Of a stretch of 64,000 bases of DNA, positions 17,564 through 27,422 are shown in pieces; position 1 is the first letter of the stretch, and each line of letters begins with the position of its first letter. The notes under the pieces are model-generated. The model was not told the origin of the DNA and did not search any database. It saw nothing but the letters and a program-made list of their open reading frames with translations. The DNA lies in the NCBI GenBank assembly GCA_965219255.1, contig OZ244727.1, positions 266,739-330,738 on the forward strand, read 5' to 3'. The DNA is from Tepidiformaceae bacterium. GTDB taxonomy: Bacteria; Chloroflexota; Dehalococcoidia; Tepidiformales; Tepidiformaceae. Made by a program: the position numbers and the translations under genes.

Positions 17564-18793
17564 CTAGCGCGTCAGCTCGGAGATGTCGGGCCCGCCCTCG
17601 GTCGCGACGACGCCCGCCTCGCGCAGCGCCTCCACCTCGTCGGCCCCTAGCCCCAGCAGCTCGCCCAGCACCTCGGCCGTGTGCTCGCCCATGCTCGGAG
17701 GCGGCCCCGCGATTCCCGACTCCGAGCGCGACATCCGCACCGGCGTGTTCGCCACGGGCAGCGTGCCCGCCACCGGATGCGTGACCTCCTGGATCATCTC
17801 CCGGTGCCGCACCTGCGGGTCGGCCACCACGTCCGCGATCGTGTTCAGGGGTCCGCTCGGGATGTCTGCGGCCAGGAACTCCCTCAGCCAGTGCTCCCGC
17901 GGCTGCTGGCGGAACGCCTCGAACAGCACCGGCTCCAGCTCAGCGTGATTCGCCGTCCGCTTGGGACCCGTGTCGAAGCGCGCATCGTCGATTAGGTCGG
18001 TCACCCCCAGCAATGCGCAGAGGATCGGCCACTGCTCATCCCGAAACGCCAGCGCCACCACGATCCAGCCGTCCGCCGCCGGGAACGCCTGGAACGGCGT
18101 CGCGCTTGGGTGGCGCGTGCCCAGCGGCTTTGGCGCCTCGCCCGTCACGAAGTACCGCATGATGGCGTTCTCCAGCACGCTCACCTGCGCGTCGAGCATG
18201 CTGATGTCGATCGCCTGCCCCTCCCCGCTCCGCGCCCGTTCGTGCAGCGCCGTGAGGATGCCGATGGCGGTGTAGAGCCCCGCCACGATGTCGCCGTAGG
18301 AGACCCCCGGACGCACGGGATCGCCGTCCGGCTGCCCCGTGATCGACATCACGCCCCCCATCCCCTGCACGATGATGTCGACTGCCGGGTGGTCCCGATA
18401 CGGCCCCGTCTGCCCGAATCCCGACGTGCTCGCGAAGATGAGCCCGGGATTCCGCTCCCGCAGCGTTTCGTAGCCAATCCCGAGCCGCTCCATCGTCCCC
18501 GGCGTGAAGTTCTCCATCACCACGTCGACCTGCTCCGCGAGGTCGAGCAGCAGCGACCGCCCCTCCTCGCGCGTCAGGTCGATCGCTATGGACCGCTTTC
18601 CCCGGTTGATGCTGAAGAAGTAGCCACTCCAGCCGTTCTGGTAGGGACCGCTCGTGCGGGCCACGTCCCCCCACGGCGGGCGCTCGACCTTGATCACGTC
18701 CGCCCCCAGGTCCGACAGCACCATCGCCGCGTACGGCCCCGACAGCACCCACGTCAGGTCGAGGACCTTGATGTCGTTAAGCGGCTTGGCCAC
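17564..18793 (-). CDS. CaiB/BaiF family (class III) CoA-transferase
   Basis: MAKPLNDIKVLDLTWVLSGPYAAMVLSDLGADVIKVERP, ...GQPDGDPVRPGVSYGDIVAGLY. Confidence 0.9.
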   Translation of the reverse strand: MAKPLNDIKVLDLTWVLSGPYAAMVLSDLGADVIKVERPPWGDVARTSGPYQNGWSGYFFSINRGKRSIAIDLTREEGRSLLLDLAEQVDVVMENFTPGTMERLGIGYETLRERNPGLIFASTSGFGQTGPYRDHPAVDIIVQGMGGVMSITGQPDGDPVRPGVSYGDIVAGLYTAIGILTALHERARSGEGQAIDISMLDAQVSVLENAIMRYFVTGEAPKPLGTRHPSATPFQAFPAADGWIVVALAFRDEQWPILCALLGVTDLIDDARFDTGPKRTANHAELEPVLFEAFRQQPREHWLREFLAADIPSGPLNTIADVVADPQVRHREMIQEVTHPVAGTLPVANTPVRMSRSESGIAGPPPSMGEHTAEVLGELLGLGADEVEALREAGVVATEGGPDISELTR

Positions 18794-18817
18794 GGCCGCG
18801 AGTATACGTGCGGCCGC

Positions 18818-19753
18818 CTAGCGCTGACCCCGCAGGCGCGGATCGAGCGTGTCCCGGAGGGCGTCGCCGAAGAGGTTGAAGGCCAGCACGGTGACGCTCA
18901 GCGCGAGCCCCGGGAAGATCGCGATCCAGGGCGCCGTCACGAAGTAGGTGCGGTTGCTTCCCGAGAGGTCCGCCCCCCACGAGGGCGTCCCCTGCTCCAC
19001 CCCCACTCCCAGGAAGCTCAGCGCCGATTCGGTCAGGATCGCCGCCGGCAGCGTCGTGCTCATCACGATCAGGAGGAGCCCCACCAGGTTGGGGAAGATG
19101 TGGCGCCACATGATGCGCACCTCGCTCGCTCCGATGACCCGCGCCGACTCAACATAAACAGCGGCCCGCTGCTCCAGCACGTTCCCCCGCATGATGCGGA
19201 AGATCACCGGGGTGAAGACGATGCAGATCGCCACCACCAGCAGGAACTCCTCCGCCGCGAGGACCGCTCCCAGGTCGGGTAACTCGTCCCGCAGCGAGGC
19301 GTACAGCGTGAGCGCGAACAGGATCGAAGGGAAGGCGATCAGCACGTCCGCCACCCGCCCGAAGGCGAAATCGACCGGACCGCCAAGGTAGCCCGCCATC
19401 AGCGCCAGCGCCGTTCCTCCCAGCGCCGCCACGACCACCGTCGCCAGACCGATCTTCAGCGAGACCCGACCTCCATAAAGCACACGCGACCAGACATCGC
19501 GCCCCTCCCGGTTCGTCCCGAAGAAGTGACTGCCGCTCGGGCCCTCAAGGATGGGGGCAACGCCGAAGCCTTCCGGGTCACTCGTGCGTAACACCGGGGC
19601 TGCGACGGAGCCGAACACCATCAGGGCGATGAGGACCGCGCCAATCGTTCCCAGCCGCTGCTGCCGCACGAAGCGCAGAACCCCCGCGAAGCGCGGCTGA
19701 GGCGGGCGCAGTGCTTCTGCGTGCAGAGCCGCCGCTGCTTCGCTCTCGGTCAT
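18818..19753 (-). CDS. ABC transporter permease (DppC/OppC-like)
   Basis: Multi-TM protein with an EAA-like loop (VESARVIGASEVRIMWRHIFPN). A 1-nt overlap links it to the upstream permease gene. Confidence 0.9.
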   Translation of the reverse strand: MTESEAAAALHAEALRPPQPRFAGVLRFVRQQRLGTIGAVLIALMVFGSVAAPVLRTSDPEGFGVAPILEGPSGSHFFGTNREGRDVWSRVLYGGRVSLKIGLATVVVAALGGTALALMAGYLGGPVDFAFGRVADVLIAFPSILFALTLYASLRDELPDLGAVLAAEEFLLVVAICIVFTPVIFRIMRGNVLEQRAAVYVESARVIGASEVRIMWRHIFPNLVGLLLIVMSTTLPAAILTESALSFLGVGVEQGTPSWGADLSGSNRTYFVTAPWIAIFPGLALSVTVLAFNLFGDALRDTLDPRLRGQR

Positions 19754-20703
19754 CAGTACCGGATCCTGGGGTCGATGAACGTGTAGGTGAGGTCGACCGC
19801 GAGATTGACGATGGTGAACATGAAGGCGAACACCATGATGGCCGCCAGGGCCACCGTGTAGTCGATGGACACTACCGACTCGAACACGAGCAGCCCCAGA
19901 CCGGGTATCCCGAAGATCTGCTCCGCGATGACCGAACCGCCAAGGACTGCCCCCAGCTGGATGCCGATCACCGTGATCACCGCAATCATCGAGCTGCGGA
20001 ACACGTGCCGCAGCACCACCGCGCGCTCCCGAAGGCCCTTCGCCCGCGCCGTCCGCACGTAGTCCGAGTACAGCGTCTCCAGCATCGACGAGCGCACGAT
20101 GCGGGCCACGTACGCCGCCGTCGCGATCGCCAGGGTCACCGCCGGCCAGATCACAATCTTGAGGTTGTTGAGCGGGTCGTCTTCAAGCCGCACGTACTCC
20201 CAGAGCGGGGTCCACGCCCACCAGATCGCGGGTAATGTGATCACCAGCGTCGCTACCCAGAAATTGGGCACGGAGATCCCCGAGATCGTCACGATCCGTA
20301 GGAACCCATCGAGGAACGTCCCCGGTCTGATCGCGGAGATGATCCCCACCGGGATGCCGATCACCGCCGTCAACAGCACCGTCAGCAGCCCAAGCTCCGC
20401 CGTCACCGGCAGCCGCGACCTGATCTCGGGCGTCACCGGGCGCCGGTTCTTCAGGGAGAGGCCGAAGTCGCCCTGGAGCGCATGCCAGGCCCAGTCGCCA
20501 TATTGCACGAAAAACGGCCGGTCGAGCCCGAACTCCTCCTCCAGGCTCGCGATGGCCTTCGCGTTCTGGTCCGGGGAAACGAGGCCGAAGCCCGTCAGCG
20601 CCGCGTTCCCCGGCCGCAGAAAGAGCAGCCAGAACAGCAACAGCGACATCCCGAACAACATGAACGGGACCACGATCAACCGGCGGGCGATGTATGCCTG
20701 CAT
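19753..20703 (-). CDS. ABC transporter permease (DppB/OppB-like)
   Basis: MQAYIARRLIVVPFMLFGMSLLLF..., SDYVRTARAKGLRERAVVLRHVFR (EAA motif). Confidence 0.9.
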   Translation of the reverse strand: MQAYIARRLIVVPFMLFGMSLLLFWLLFLRPGNAALTGFGLVSPDQNAKAIASLEEEFGLDRPFFVQYGDWAWHALQGDFGLSLKNRRPVTPEIRSRLPVTAELGLLTVLLTAVIGIPVGIISAIRPGTFLDGFLRIVTISGISVPNFWVATLVITLPAIWWAWTPLWEYVRLEDDPLNNLKIVIWPAVTLAIATAAYVARIVRSSMLETLYSDYVRTARAKGLRERAVVLRHVFRSSMIAVITVIGIQLGAVLGGSVIAEQIFGIPGLGLLVFESVVSIDYTVALAAIMVFAFMFTIVNLAVDLTYTFIDPRIRY

Positions 20704-20715
20704 GAGCCCCAGACT

Positions 20716-20751
20716 CTGCAGAGGGCGGGCCTACCCGCCCGCCCTCTGCAG
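20716..20751 (-). promoter_or_regulatory. 14-bp perfect GC-rich stem-loop in the SBP-permease intergenic gap (candidate mRNA-stabilising or partial-termination element)
   Basis: ctgcagagggcggg (20716-20729) pairs with cccgccctctgcag (20738-20751) around an 8-nt loop. Confidence 0.5.
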
Positions 20752-20759
20752 AAGGTTCC

Positions 20760-22457
20760 CTAGCTTTCGATCCACATGTCGTGTGTGCGGTTCAGCAGTC
20801 CTCCAAGGAGGACGTCGTCCTCCGGGAAGTTCTGCACCCGGGCGTTGTGCACGACCCAACTGTGGCCCGGAACCGGCAGGTTAATGCCGGGCACCAGCTC
20901 ATCAAGGGCGAAGAGCTGCATCTCCCCCATCTTCTCGAGCCGGAGCTCCGGGTCGACCTCCTGCGCCTGCGCGGCTGTCAGGTCGCGCAGCTTCTCGGCG
21001 TTCGCCACCAGGCTCGCGTCTGGCTGGTCCGTCCCGAAGCTCCACGACACGCCCGCGAAGGCTGCCGGGTTCATCATCGTCATGTTGTAGATCTCGGGCG
21101 TCGTGCTCGCGTTGTACGGCACCACGAAGAGCTCCCACTGCTTGATCGGCTCGCGGGCCCGCGCCACATACGTGGTCACGTCGTGGACCAGGGGCTCTGC
21201 CGTGACCCCGAGGTTCTCCTCCATCTGCCGCGCGAGGAACTCGGCCAGCGTCGAGCCCCGCGGATCAATGCTCGTCTCGATGCGGATGTGGTCGACTTCG
21301 GTTCCCGACGCCTCCCACAGTTGCCGCGCCTTCTGCGGATCAAACTCCCGGTACGACTTCAGCGTTTCCTGGTCGAGCGCGAATCCCGGCAGGGCCTGCC
21401 CCACGGGACCGTCGTACACACCGTCGCCCGCATACAGCGTGGCGATCAGCGCGTCGTAGTCGATGGCCAGCGAAATCGCTTCGCGTGCCCGTCTGTCCGT
21501 GAACTTGATGTTGTCGAACGCCAGGAAGCGCGCCTCCGTCGAAGCGACCTCCTTGGCCACGAATGAGTCATTCCCCGTGAACTCGTCGAACTCGATACGG
21601 TCGGCGATGGCCGGCAGGTAGTCGATGTCCCCGGCCAGGAAGGCCGCTTTCACCGCAGCGCGGTCCACGATGATCCGCGTCTCGTGACGGTCGATGTACG
21701 GTTCGCCCTCGACAAAGTGCGTCGAGGGGTTCTCGTGCGCGTAGTAGTTCGGGTAGCGGGCCAGCGCGACGCCTGCGCTGTCACGCTTCTCGATGATGTA
21801 CGGGCCCGCCCCCGCGTCAAGCTCCTGCACGTTGCCATTCGCCTGCTGGTCCAGCAACGCCTTCGAGACAATCCCGTAGGCGGTCGATGCCATGAGCACC
21901 GGCGCCGAGGCGGCCGGCGCCTTCAGCGACACCCGCACCGTCGACTCGTCGATCGCGGTGATCGTGTCCATGAAGCCCCAGTTCGCCTCGTTCACCTGGG
22001 AGCCCTGGTCCGCCAGCAGCGAGGGGAAGCGGCTCCACGTGTTCGCCACGTCCTCGGCCGTCACGGCGCTGCCGTCGTGGTGGAACGTCATCCCCGGACG
22101 CAGCGGGAACGTGATGGTGAGGTTGTCCGGCTGCTCCATCGCCGTGGCCGCATCGAACAGGAACTCGTTCGTCGAGACCTTGTAGAGATGCGTGTGGTTG
22201 TAGATCCTCGCCAGGATCTCGTTGTTGTTGATGACCTTCAGACCTGGATCAATACCGTCGTCGACCTGCGTCTTGCTCTGCCGGAAGGTGCCGCCCGCTC
22301 GCGAAGGAGCCTCGGCCGGAGCTGGCTCGTCGTCGTCGTCGCCACAGCCGACGGCCATCAGGCCCGCCGAGCCCGCCGCCAGCGCCGCGCCTCCGATGAG
22401 GAAGCCACGTCGTGATCGCCGGCGCCTCCAGTAGCGCCCCCAATAGCCTTCTCGCAT
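20760..22457 (-). CDS. ABC substrate-binding protein, family 5 (peptide/nickel/opine type), Tat/lipoprotein signal
   Basis: RRRRSRRGFLIGGAALAAGSAGLMAVGCG signal, followed by a typical SBP_bac_5 body. Start at MREGYW (CAT 22455-22457). Confidence 0.9.
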   Translation of the reverse strand: MREGYWGRYWRRRRSRRGFLIGGAALAAGSAGLMAVGCGDDDDEPAPAEAPSRAGGTFRQSKTQVDDGIDPGLKVINNNEILARIYNHTHLYKVSTNEFLFDAATAMEQPDNLTITFPLRPGMTFHHDGSAVTAEDVANTWSRFPSLLADQGSQVNEANWGFMDTITAIDESTVRVSLKAPAASAPVLMASTAYGIVSKALLDQQANGNVQELDAGAGPYIIEKRDSAGVALARYPNYYAHENPSTHFVEGEPYIDRHETRIIVDRAAVKAAFLAGDIDYLPAIADRIEFDEFTGNDSFVAKEVASTEARFLAFDNIKFTDRRAREAISLAIDYDALIATLYAGDGVYDGPVGQALPGFALDQETLKSYREFDPQKARQLWEASGTEVDHIRIETSIDPRGSTLAEFLARQMEENLGVTAEPLVHDVTTYVARAREPIKQWELFVVPYNASTTPEIYNMTMMNPAAFAGVSWSFGTDQPDASLVANAEKLRDLTAAQAQEVDPELRLEKMGEMQLFALDELVPGINLPVPGHSWVVHNARVQNFPEDDVLLGGLLNRTHDMWIES

Positions 22458-22560
22458 GTTGCTCTCCCGGTGCAGGATGGGCGGCAGTCTAGCCAATTCG
22501 CCCCGCCGCGTCAGCAACTCGCGTATCCCCTGGAACACGCCCTCCCGCTATCATCCTGCC

Positions 22561-23229
22561 GTGGCTCAGATCGACTGGTACCGCGTCGCTGGTCTCGACG
22601 AGCTCGAAGACGGTGACGTCAAGACCGTCCTCGCCGGGCGGAACGTCGTCGCGCTCACCCTGCACGAGGGCCGCTACGGCGCTCTCGACAACCGTTGCCC
22701 CCACGAGAACGCCCCCCTCGGCGAGGGCTACATCGACCGCGGCTGGCTCATCTGCGCCCTCCACCAGTACGAGTTCAATCCCCACGACGGCCACCCCTCG
22801 CCCACGTTCGAGGAGGGCCCACCCGCCTACCCGGTCGACGTGCGCGAGGACGCCGTCTATGTGGGCATCGAAGACCTTGCCGCCAGCTACGAGGAGGCTC
22901 GCCAGGCCTTCTTCGCCGCCACCGAGAACGCCATTACGCTGGTCGACGCCACCGAGGGCGCCCGCCAGGCCCTCATCGACTGGCGCCGCGCCGCCGTCGT
23001 CGGCGCCGGGGTGGAGCCCCCCCAGGGGATGCCCCGTACGGTCGAGGCGGCGGGCCTCCCCAACGCGCTCGCCATCGCTCGCGCCCTCCGCGCCTGGCAC
23101 GACTCCCACGAGGCCATGCGTGTCGCCTTCAACCGCATCCCCCGCGAGGAGAAGCCCTCGGTGGCCCGCCCTCCGCAGAAGTACCCCGCCCCCCAACCCA
23201 GCGGCGTCCCCCGCATGATCTTCGGCTGA
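22561..23229 (+). CDS. Rieske [2Fe-2S] domain protein with about 110-aa C-terminal extension of unknown function
   Basis: CPHENAPLGEG (CxH) ... LICALHQYEF (CxxH). GTG start chosen at 22561. The upstream ATG at 22456 would overlap the divergent SBP start. Confidence 0.75.
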   Translation: MAQIDWYRVAGLDELEDGDVKTVLAGRNVVALTLHEGRYGALDNRCPHENAPLGEGYIDRGWLICALHQYEFNPHDGHPSPTFEEGPPAYPVDVREDAVYVGIEDLAASYEEARQAFFAATENAITLVDATEGARQALIDWRRAAVVGAGVEPPQGMPRTVEAAGLPNALAIARALRAWHDSHEAMRVAFNRIPREEKPSVARPPQKYPAPQPSGVPRMIFG

Positions 23230-23234
23230 CATCC

Positions 23235-24056
23235 ATGACCGACCTGAAGCGGCGGAGGCTTGGCCGGACCGGCCTGACGGTTCCCGAACTCGGCCTCGGC
23301 GCCATGGACACTCCCACCTCCCCGGAGGGCGGTGACACCCTTCGCGCCGCCCTCGACGCGGGCATCACCTTCATCGACACCGCCCGCGAGTACGCCGGCA
23401 GCGAGATGCTCATCGGCCAGACGCTGCGCGAAGCAGAGCCGCCCGGCGAGCTCCGTCTCGCCAGCAAAACCTTCAGCCGCACCGCCAACGGCGCCCAGTA
23501 CGACATCGACCGCTCCCTGCGAGCGCTCGGCCGCGAACGCATCTCCCTCTACCAGCTGCACGATGTCTCCACCCCAGAGGCGTGGGAAGCGGTCATGGGC
23601 GAGGATGGCGCCCTCGCCGGTCTCCAGACTGCACGCTGGCGGGGCCTGATCGACCACATCGGCATCTCTTCCCACACCGCTGAGATTGTGAGCAAGGCCA
23701 TCACCTGCGGCGAGTTCGACACCGTCATGCTCGAGTACTCCGCCTTCTACCCCGCCACCGCGCCCCTGATCGACCTCGCCCGCGAGCACGATGTGGGCGT
23801 CATCGTCATGCGGCCGGTCGGGGGCTCCGGGCGCACAAGTGCAATGCGGGGCCGCATCGCCGAGGGGTACGACGGCCCGCTCACCCCCGCAAACCTCCTC
23901 CGCTACGTCTGGTCGAACCCCGGCGTTTCCGTCGCCATCCCGGGCGCTCGCTACCCCTCCCGCATCCACGATAACGTGGCCACCGCCGGTGGCTGGCTCC
24001 CCGTGGATGAGGCCGATCGACAAACCCTCGAGGCGGAGGCCGCGCGCCTCTACTAG
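23235..24056 (+). CDS. aldo/keto reductase
   Basis: RRLGRTGLTVPELGLGAM..., ITFIDTAREYAGSEMLIG, ISLYQLHD, IGISSH. Confidence 0.9.
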   Translation: MTDLKRRRLGRTGLTVPELGLGAMDTPTSPEGGDTLRAALDAGITFIDTAREYAGSEMLIGQTLREAEPPGELRLASKTFSRTANGAQYDIDRSLRALGRERISLYQLHDVSTPEAWEAVMGEDGALAGLQTARWRGLIDHIGISSHTAEIVSKAITCGEFDTVMLEYSAFYPATAPLIDLAREHDVGVIVMRPVGGSGRTSAMRGRIAEGYDGPLTPANLLRYVWSNPGVSVAIPGARYPSRIHDNVATAGGWLPVDEADRQTLEAEAARLY

Positions 24057-24119
24057 CGGCCTCCGCCCGTTCACACCGAGCCAGCCCCAAGGCGGTATCG
24101 TGCCTCTCGACCGCTGGCC

Positions 24120-25334
24120 GTGAACGACTCGAATCCCACCCCCGCCGCGGGCCGCGGGCCCCTCTGGGAGGCCGTCGCCTACTTCCTCCGCCTCGGCGTC
24201 GTCGCCTTCGGCGGCCCCGCCGCTCACGTCGCCATGATGCGGCGCGACCTCGTCGAGCAGCGCAAGTGGCTCTCCGACCAGGATCTGCTCGATCATCTCG
24301 CCGTCGCGAGTCTCATCCCCGGCCCCAACTCCACCGAGCTCGCCATGCACCTGGGCGCCCGCCGCGCCGGCTGGGCGGGACTCTGGCTCGGAGGGGCGGC
24401 CTTCATCCTGCCCGCCTTCGCCATCGTTCTCGCCTTCGCCTGGCTCTACGTCGAGTACGGCGAGACGCCCGCCGGCGCCGACCTCCTGCGCGGCGTGCAG
24501 CCCGTGATCCTCGCCATTGTCGTGCAGGCCATCTGGAGCCTGCGCACGACCGCCGTTCGCGCCCGGGACACGGCGGTGGTCGCCTTTGCGGCCGTCGTAC
24601 TGGCCGTCCTCGGGCTCAACGAGGCCGTCGTTATCGTTGGCGCGGGCCTCGCGCTGCTCGCCTGGCGGAGGCTCGCCCCCGAACCCCTGCGCGAGCCCCT
24701 GGGAGCTCCCCTGCCCCATCCCCGCACCGTTTGGCGGGCCGTTCGGCGCTGGTTGCGCGTGACCGGTCGCCGCGCCGGAGGACTCGTGCTTCTCGCGACC
24801 CCAGCCGGCTTTGCCCTCCCCGAGCTCTTCTGGGTGTTCCTCAAGATCGGCGGCACCCTCTACGGCAGCGGCTACGTGCTCGTCGCCTTCCTCGAGGCGG
24901 ACTTCGTCACGAGCCGCGGCTGGCTCACCGAGCAGACCCTCGTCGATGCCGTCGCCGTGGGGCAGTTCACGCCGGGACCGGTCTTCACGACCGCCACCTT
25001 CGTCGGCTACGTCTTCGACGGCTTCCCGGGCGCCATCGTCGCGACGCTTGGCATCTTCCTGCCTTCGTTCCTCTTCGTCGCGATCACGCACCCGCTCGTG
25101 CCGCGCCTGCGCGAGGCCCCCTGGGCCTCCGGCTTCCTCGACGGCGTGGGAGCCGCCGCCGTGGCCGTCATGGCTGTCGTCGTCGTGTCGCTGGGGCGCA
25201 TCGTGATCGACGACGCTTTCGCCTGGGCCGTCCTCGCCGTTGCCGCCGTCGTGCTCGTTCGCTTCTCCCTCAGCACGGTCTGGCTCGTCCTCGCCGGCGG
25301 GGCGGCGGGCCTCCTCGCTGGGGTCGTCACCTAA
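24120..25334 (+). CDS. chrA: chromate ion transporter (CHR family, two-domain long form)
   Basis: FLRLGVVAFGGPAAHVAMMRRDLVEQRKWLSDQDLLDHLAVASLIPGPNSTELA, with a second repeat FLKIGGTLYGSGYVLVAFLE...AVGQFTPGPVFTTATFVGY. GTG start. Confidence 0.9.
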   Translation: MNDSNPTPAAGRGPLWEAVAYFLRLGVVAFGGPAAHVAMMRRDLVEQRKWLSDQDLLDHLAVASLIPGPNSTELAMHLGARRAGWAGLWLGGAAFILPAFAIVLAFAWLYVEYGETPAGADLLRGVQPVILAIVVQAIWSLRTTAVRARDTAVVAFAAVVLAVLGLNEAVVIVGAGLALLAWRRLAPEPLREPLGAPLPHPRTVWRAVRRWLRVTGRRAGGLVLLATPAGFALPELFWVFLKIGGTLYGSGYVLVAFLEADFVTSRGWLTEQTLVDAVAVGQFTPGPVFTTATFVGYVFDGFPGAIVATLGIFLPSFLFVAITHPLVPRLREAPWASGFLDGVGAAAVAVMAVVVVSLGRIVIDDAFAWAVLAVAAVVLVRFSLSTVWLVLAGGAAGLLAGVVT

Positions 25335-25419
25335 GTGCCGAGCGAGGCTCCCGACGACCTGAAGCCGGACGTGCTAGCGTGCGCGCGCAGCCCAGGCGCC
25401 CCGCCGGCGGAGGAACCCC

Positions 25420-26463
25420 GTGGACGTTGGCCTCGTCTCCCTCGGCGATAACCTCCCCCATCCCCACACCGGCGAGCGGCTCAGTCCCCAGGCCCGCTTC
25501 CGCCAGCTGGTCGACCTCGGCGTCCTCGCCCAGGAGCTCGGCTTCTGGTCGTTCCACCTGGGTGAGCACCACTTCAGCGAGTACATCGTCTCCTCCCCCA
25601 CGCCCATCCTCGCCGCCGTCGCCGAGCGCACGACGAGCCTGCGCCTCTCCACCGCCGTCTCCCTGCTCCCCCACCACGACGCCGTCCGCCTGGCCGAGGA
25701 CTACGCCACCGTCGACGTCCTCTCCGGTGGACGTGCCGAACTCGTCGGCGGGCGTGGCGTCTACCGCGCCCACTACGCGCAGTTCGGCCAGGACCAGGAG
25801 CGCTCCGCCGAGATGCTTGCGGAGTCGGTCGATCTCCTGCGGCGCCTGTGGACCGAAGAGGGCGTCACCTGGTCCGGCGATTTCCGACCGCCGCTGGATG
25901 GCGTCACGGTCCATCCTCGGCCCGTCCAGCAGCCCCACCCACCCATCTGGCTCTCCGCCAGCTCCCCCGAGTCCGTCGACCGCGCCGTCGCGCTCGGCTG
26001 CCCCGTCGTCATTCCCACCGTCTCCGTGGGCGTCGACGCCCCGCCCGGCCTCATCGAGCGCTACCGCGAGGGCTGGCGCCGAGCCGGTCGTGACCCGGAG
26101 GAGGGGCGTGTCGCCCTCCACGTCCACTGCCACGTGGGAGCGGGTTCGACCGCCGACGCCGTGGAATCCTGGCGCCCCTTCCAGGAGGGCTACCTCTCCT
26201 GGGTGCTCCGCGACATCGCGGGCGCAACCGGCCCTCTCCCTCCGCACTTCGCCGCCCTCGCCACGCCCGAGGCGCAGGCCGTCTGCGGAAGCGTCGAGGA
26301 TGTGCTCGCCGACCTCGAAGGCCGCATCCGCGCGACGGGCGGCGTCGAGCTGCTCATGGTCCAGATGGATCAGGGAGGACTCCCACCGCAGGAGGTGGTC
26401 GAGACCGTCACGCGTTTCGCCACCCGCGTGCTCCCCCGCCTCCGCGAGCGACTGGCCTCATGA
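25420..26463 (+). CDS. LLM-class flavin-dependent oxidoreductase
   Basis: GFWSFHLGEHHFSEYIVSSP, LSGGRAELVGGRG. GTG start at 25420. Confidence 0.9.
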   Translation: MDVGLVSLGDNLPHPHTGERLSPQARFRQLVDLGVLAQELGFWSFHLGEHHFSEYIVSSPTPILAAVAERTTSLRLSTAVSLLPHHDAVRLAEDYATVDVLSGGRAELVGGRGVYRAHYAQFGQDQERSAEMLAESVDLLRRLWTEEGVTWSGDFRPPLDGVTVHPRPVQQPHPPIWLSASSPESVDRAVALGCPVVIPTVSVGVDAPPGLIERYREGWRRAGRDPEEGRVALHVHCHVGAGSTADAVESWRPFQEGYLSWVLRDIAGATGPLPPHFAALATPEAQAVCGSVEDVLADLEGRIRATGGVELLMVQMDQGGLPPQEVVETVTRFATRVLPRLRERLAS

Positions 26464-26551
26464 CCGTGATTCCCGGCAGCGTTCGTGAACCGTTAGCCGC
26501 TTCGTGCCAGACTTCCGCGGGCCCCAACCCCGGCCGGCCATCCCGAAGGAA

Positions 26552-27352
26552 ATGCCCGTGACGAACACCCCGACCGCAGATCCCCAATGCCTCGACGGTG
26601 ACATCGACGGCGCCGTCAATTTCCGTGACCTCGGTGGCTACCGCACCCAGGATGATCGTGTCGTCCGCTCCGGACGGGTCTTCCGCTCGGGAATGATGCA
26701 CCACGTCACCCCCGCCGGCCTGAGCGCCCTGCGCGACACCCTCGGCGTCCGCACGGTGGTCGACCTGCGCAACGCCCAGGAGCTCAGCGCCGACGGGTGC
26801 TCGCCGTTCGAGGACTACGGCATCGTCTGGCGCAACGTCGCCATTGGCAGCGAGACGGTCATGACCCCGGAGGAGCGGCAGGAGCGCTTCAAGGCGATGG
26901 CTGCGGGCCCGGTCGATTGGTGCGAGTCCTACATCCGCATGTCGGAGCACGCGCCCGCCGCCTTCCGCACCTTCTTCGAGTTCGCCGCCGACCCCGCCAA
27001 CGCCCCGCTCGTGTTCCACTGCACCGGAGGGCGCGACCGCACCGGTGTCGCCGCCGCCCTCCTCCTCTCCTCCCTCGGCGTGGACGACGAGACGATCGCT
27101 CGGGACTACTCCCTCACCGGCGACCTGCTCCAGCCCCACGTCGACCTCTTCGGCCGGCAGATGGAGGCCCTCGGCATGACCCGCGAGAGCTGGGCGAAGC
27201 TCCTCGAGACGCCCGCCGGCGCCATGCGCCGTTTCCTCGTCTACCTGCGCAAGGAGCACGATGGCGCCGAGTCCTACCTGCTGTCCGCCGGCGTGTCCGC
27301 GCCTGCCTTCGAAGCTGCGAAGGAGCACCTGCTACAACAATGCGGTATGTGA
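26552..27352 (+). CDS. protein-tyrosine phosphatase family protein (Y_phosphatase3-like)
   Basis: P-loop HCTGGRDRTGVAAALLL (CX5R), NFRDLGG near the N-terminus. GAAGGA RBS before the ATG at 26552. Confidence 0.85.
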   Translation: MPVTNTPTADPQCLDGDIDGAVNFRDLGGYRTQDDRVVRSGRVFRSGMMHHVTPAGLSALRDTLGVRTVVDLRNAQELSADGCSPFEDYGIVWRNVAIGSETVMTPEERQERFKAMAAGPVDWCESYIRMSEHAPAAFRTFFEFAADPANAPLVFHCTGGRDRTGVAAALLLSSLGVDDETIARDYSLTGDLLQPHVDLFGRQMEALGMTRESWAKLLETPAGAMRRFLVYLRKEHDGAESYLLSAGVSAPAFEAAKEHLLQQCGM

Positions 27353-27422
27353 CATATTCCCACCGCGAAGTGGCCCGGCGGGGGTATTATCTCCGCACTA
27401 GTTTGGATTGAGGAGGAACGTG

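Noticed and set aside
22887-25091. 734-aa minus-strand ORF spanning the Rieske, aldo-keto reductase and chrA loci
   Set aside because: It is an antisense shadow of three independently well-supported plus-strand genes, with Arg/Gly/Ala-rich composition and no motifs.
24266-26488. 740-aa plus-strand ORF crossing chrA and the LLM gene
   Set aside because: It is an out-of-frame overlap of two genes with clear family motifs in other frames. The Pro/Arg/Ser-rich product is typical of a +1 shadow frame at high GC.
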